From the NCBI RefSeq assembly GCF_004010195.1, contig NC_057720.1:19730401-19767133 (forward strand): a DNA stretch of 36,733 nt. Direction: 5' to 3'. Below are positions 33,920-36,733 of this stretch, piece by piece. The notes beneath the pieces were generated by a model. The model did not search any database and was not told where the DNA came from. It was given only the letters and a program-made list of their open reading frames with translations. Numbering within the stretch: position 1 is the stretch's first letter; each line of letters opens with the position of its first letter. The stretch is from Chiloscyllium plagiosum. Lineage: Eukaryota. A program made the translations under genes and the position numbers.

Positions 33920-34189
33920 CTTTGCAAAGATCATGAGTAACAAAGAAAAGAACAATGATAAAAGAAGTTATTAGTAACTTGAATAAATCTTGAACTTTGG
34001 TCAAGTTTATGCATTGGGGCGCTGAAGAAGCCATCTCATGAAATCCCCATGAGTTAGACTTCTAAAATCAATTTAAAATCAGTGTAAACCACTGATAACA
34101 ATGACAAGAGCAATGGGGCATTGGAACTTTGAACTCCTTCACCAATGAGATGGAAGGATTATTAAAATAGTTGCCATGGTCCCAGAGGA

Positions 34190-34365
34190 TGGTAAGGCTG
34201 CTCTATTATTAGAGAGAGAGATGGCTAGTGTTGAGATTAAACTGACAGCTACCATGGCTCAGGTGACGTTGAGAAGGCAGGACCTTCATAGTAACCTCAA
34301 CCAGTGTGGGAATTGAACCTGCACTCTTGAAGTCACCCTGCATTGCAAACCAGCCATCCTGCCCT
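34190..34365 (-). mobile_element. Short tRNA-derived SINE, same family as 13365-13548
   Basis: Minus-strand B box GGTTCAATTCC; shared ATTAGAGAGAGA..GCATTGCAAACCAG sequence. Confidence 0.6.
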
Positions 34366-35369
34366 CCATATGCAGAAATAACCGAAAAGCAGAAATGATT
34401 AGATATACTCTAAATCCAAGAAAGCAAGGAAGAGAGCAAAGGAAGGATTGAACTAAGGAAGGGAGAAACAAAAGGTAATTGATTTTTAATGCTACAGTTC
34501 CACATCTTGTAATTTGCCTGAATTACAGAGACTCCATAGTTTACTTTTTCAACTACTGGGCCAGAGAAGTTGCTTGGCACTGCAGTAATTATTGCCATGT
34601 CACTAAAAAGCACCTACTCTGATAATTATCAGAGTTAACTTGCCGTGACGAGGTCAATGAGTAATTAATTTGCAAAACCAGCAAATTGCTTTAAGAAAGA
34701 GTGAGGGTAAGGGTGAGATGCCATTGCACGAAGCAAACAGACTGCCCATATGTAACGACCAGCAAGTTCCGCTTGGCCGTCTCAATTTACTGGCTGAATT
34801 GTACAATCAAAATGCTCTGCTATAAGTTCAGCCTGTTGTGTATATTTTCCAGGACCATTGATGATTACAACTGATTCAAAGCAATGTATTCAACTGTAGA
34901 TGTCAGTTAAATTTAGCATTCTGTAATCACCTGGGAAACAATTAACATCATAGAACATTATCAAAAGCAAAACCATAAATGTGCCCCTGACTACTTCTTT
35001 TGCAACACGTATGTATTCTCTAAATACCTGCAGCTTTGGGAACATGCAGACTCTTCAGCTTGTTAATCAGAACCTAATTAACAATGAAAAAGGATGGAAA
35101 ATTCTACCGGTTTAAATTGTAAGATTGTATCTCAAAGACTTGGCTATTTTGAAACAATTGGAAGGTCTTGTGGCACAGTGAGTTATGTCTTTGTCAAAAA
35201 CTCTAGATTCAACTCTCACTCCAGGATTTGCTGGTCAATGGGAGCGTGTTTGTAACAAAGCCAAACAGGCTGGGTTTCAACTTGTAAATCCTTCCAACAT
35301 AATTGGATGATAAGCAAAGGAGATCAGCCATATGATGGAAATCTACCATCACCAACTCCAGGCTACAAT

Positions 35370-36116
35370 GGAGAACGTGAGGACTGCAGATGCTGAAGAT
35401 CAGAGCTGAAAATGTGTTGCTGGAAAAGCACAGCAGGTCAGGCAGATTCCAAGGAGCAGGAGAATCGACGTTTCGGGCATGAGCCCTTCTTCAGGAATGA
35501 GGAAGATGTGCCAAGCAGGCTAAGATAAAAGGTAGGGAGGAGGGACTTGGGGGAGGGGCGTTGGAAATGCGATAGGTGGATGGAGGTTGGTGGGGTGGTA
35601 GGTGAGGACCAGGTGGGTTCTGTCCTGGTGGAGATTGGAGGAGCGGGGCTCAAGGGCGGAGGAGCGGGAAGTGGAGGAGATGCGGTGGAGAGCATCATCG
35701 ATCACGTCTGGGGGGAAATTGCGGTCTTTGAAGAAGGAGTCCATCTGTGTTGTTTGGTATTGGAATTGGTTTCCTGGGAGCAGATGCGGCGGAGACGAAG
35801 CAGTTGGGAATATGGGATGGCGTTTTTACAGGGGGCAGGGTGGGAGGAGGTGTAATCTAGGTAGCTGTGGGAGTCGGTCGGTTTATAGTAAATGTCCGTG
35901 TTGATTCGTTCGTCCGAGAGAGAAATGGAGAGGTCTAGGAAGGGGAGGGATGAGGCTGGGACGGTCCAGGTAAATTTGAGGTCAGGGTAAAAGGTGTTGG
36001 TAAAGTGGATGAACTGTTCAACCTCCTTGTGGGAGCACGAGGCAGCACCAATACAGTCATCGATGTAGCGGAGGAAAAGGTGGGGAGTGGTGCCAGTGTA
36101 GCTGCGGAAGATGGAC
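35370..36116 (-). mobile_element. Penelope-like element 3' part: RT (YIDD) fragment joined to the 3' terminus, endonuclease deleted
   Basis: LFLRYIDDCIG, LKFTW, LPFLDL, TDIYYKPTDSHSYLDYTSSHP, CKNAIPYSQLLRLRRICS; jump to terminal sequence at ~35580. Confidence 0.95.
35463..35498 (-). ncRNA. Minimal type I hammerhead ribozyme motif, intact core, in PLE 3' terminus, sense to ABCA4
   Basis: AUUC-CUGAAGA-A-GGGC-UCAU-GCCC-GAAAC-GUC^GAUU. Activity untested. Confidence 0.75.
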
Positions 36117-36733
36117 CCCGCCCCCACGCCGAACCCCACCCTGCCCCAATCTCCGTCCCCGCCCCGATTCCTGCCCCCACATCTAACCCCACCCCCACGC
36201 CGATCTCCGTTCGCACGCCTAACCCCACTCCCGCCCCGATCTCCTTTCCCGCCACCACATCTAATCCCGCCCCTACTCCCAGCTCCAGCCCCACACCAGG
36301 TGCTAGCTCCCAGCCCTGCTGTGTTTTCACCATCCCTCCAGAACTACCCCTCTCTGAGGATGAAAGATCAGTCCTTGGCTGAGGCGTCACCTTCATCCCC
36401 CTACGCTCTCGGATTAACGAGTTCAACACGCGGCGAAACATCAAACAATTCTTCCGCTGCCTTCGCCTCCGCGCCTACTTTTTCAACCAAGATTCTCGCC
36501 CACCCTCTGACGACCCCTTCTCCTGCCTCCAACACACCCCATCCACCTGGACACCCCGTGCTGGCCTCTTACCTGCCCTCAATCTCTTCATAGCAAACTG
36601 CCGCCGCGACATTAACCGCCTCAACCTCTCCACCCCTCTCACCCACTCCAACCTCTCACCCTCAGAACGTGCAGCCCTCCACTCCCTCCGTTCCAACCCC
36701 AACCTCACTATCAAACCAGCAGACAAGGGAGGC
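36117..36733 (+). mobile_element. Penelope-like element N-terminal ORF part in opposite orientation, running off the window
   Basis: Pro/Thr/Ala-rich repeats, then LSEDERSVLG*GVTFIP, FFRCLRLRAYFF, NLSPSERAALHSLRSNPNLTIKPADKGG (PLE DKG motif); one in-frame stop at 36380-36382. Confidence 0.92.

Noticed and set aside
35028..35073. 46-nt AG/GT-bounded minus-strand segment (VLINKLKSLHVPKAAG), phase 0 to 1 like exon 26
   Set aside because: No similarity to the conserved IFLKV start of ABCA exon 26, and the other two frames have stops. The real exon 26 is probably right of the window.
2059..35498. Recurring palindromic units as a CRISPR array or DNA-transposon MITEs
   Set aside because: Dispersed, no repeat-spacer periodicity, eukaryotic intron context; variable-length TSDs, asymmetric arms and physical linkage to PLE ORFs point to retroelement termini.
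35935..36726. Gly/Val-rich and Arg-rich minus-strand ORFs
   Set aside because: Antisense shadows of the C-rich PLE coding strand.

Overview
Vertebrate genomic DNA, most likely from a shark or other elasmobranch (inferred from HE1-type V-SINEs, HER1/CR1-type LINE tails and the Penelope terminus families). The window lies inside one minus-strand gene, ABCA4 (photoreceptor retinoid flippase). I resolved 14 GT-AG exons equivalent to human exons 27-40; they join in one open frame covering the R1 linker end, TMD2 helix 1, ECD2 and the rest of TMD2. One, possibly two, extra frame-preserving exons lie upstream of the exon-27 equivalent. The introns hold CR1 and L2 LINE fragments, several SINE families, two Penelope-like element (PLE) fragments and minisatellites. 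The most interesting signal is a set of short PLE-terminus insertions, most with target-site duplications (TSDs), carrying a minimal hammerhead-ribozyme motif (CUGANGA-A-GGGC-loop-GCCC-GAAAC-GUC). Two copies with an intact motif are in the sense of the ABCA4 pre-mRNA, and truncation or fold-back points cluster at the ribozyme core. Human exon numbers, sizes and residue numbers are from memory, and repeat family names are by motif recognition; no database search was run. There is one 197-N gap at 529-725.
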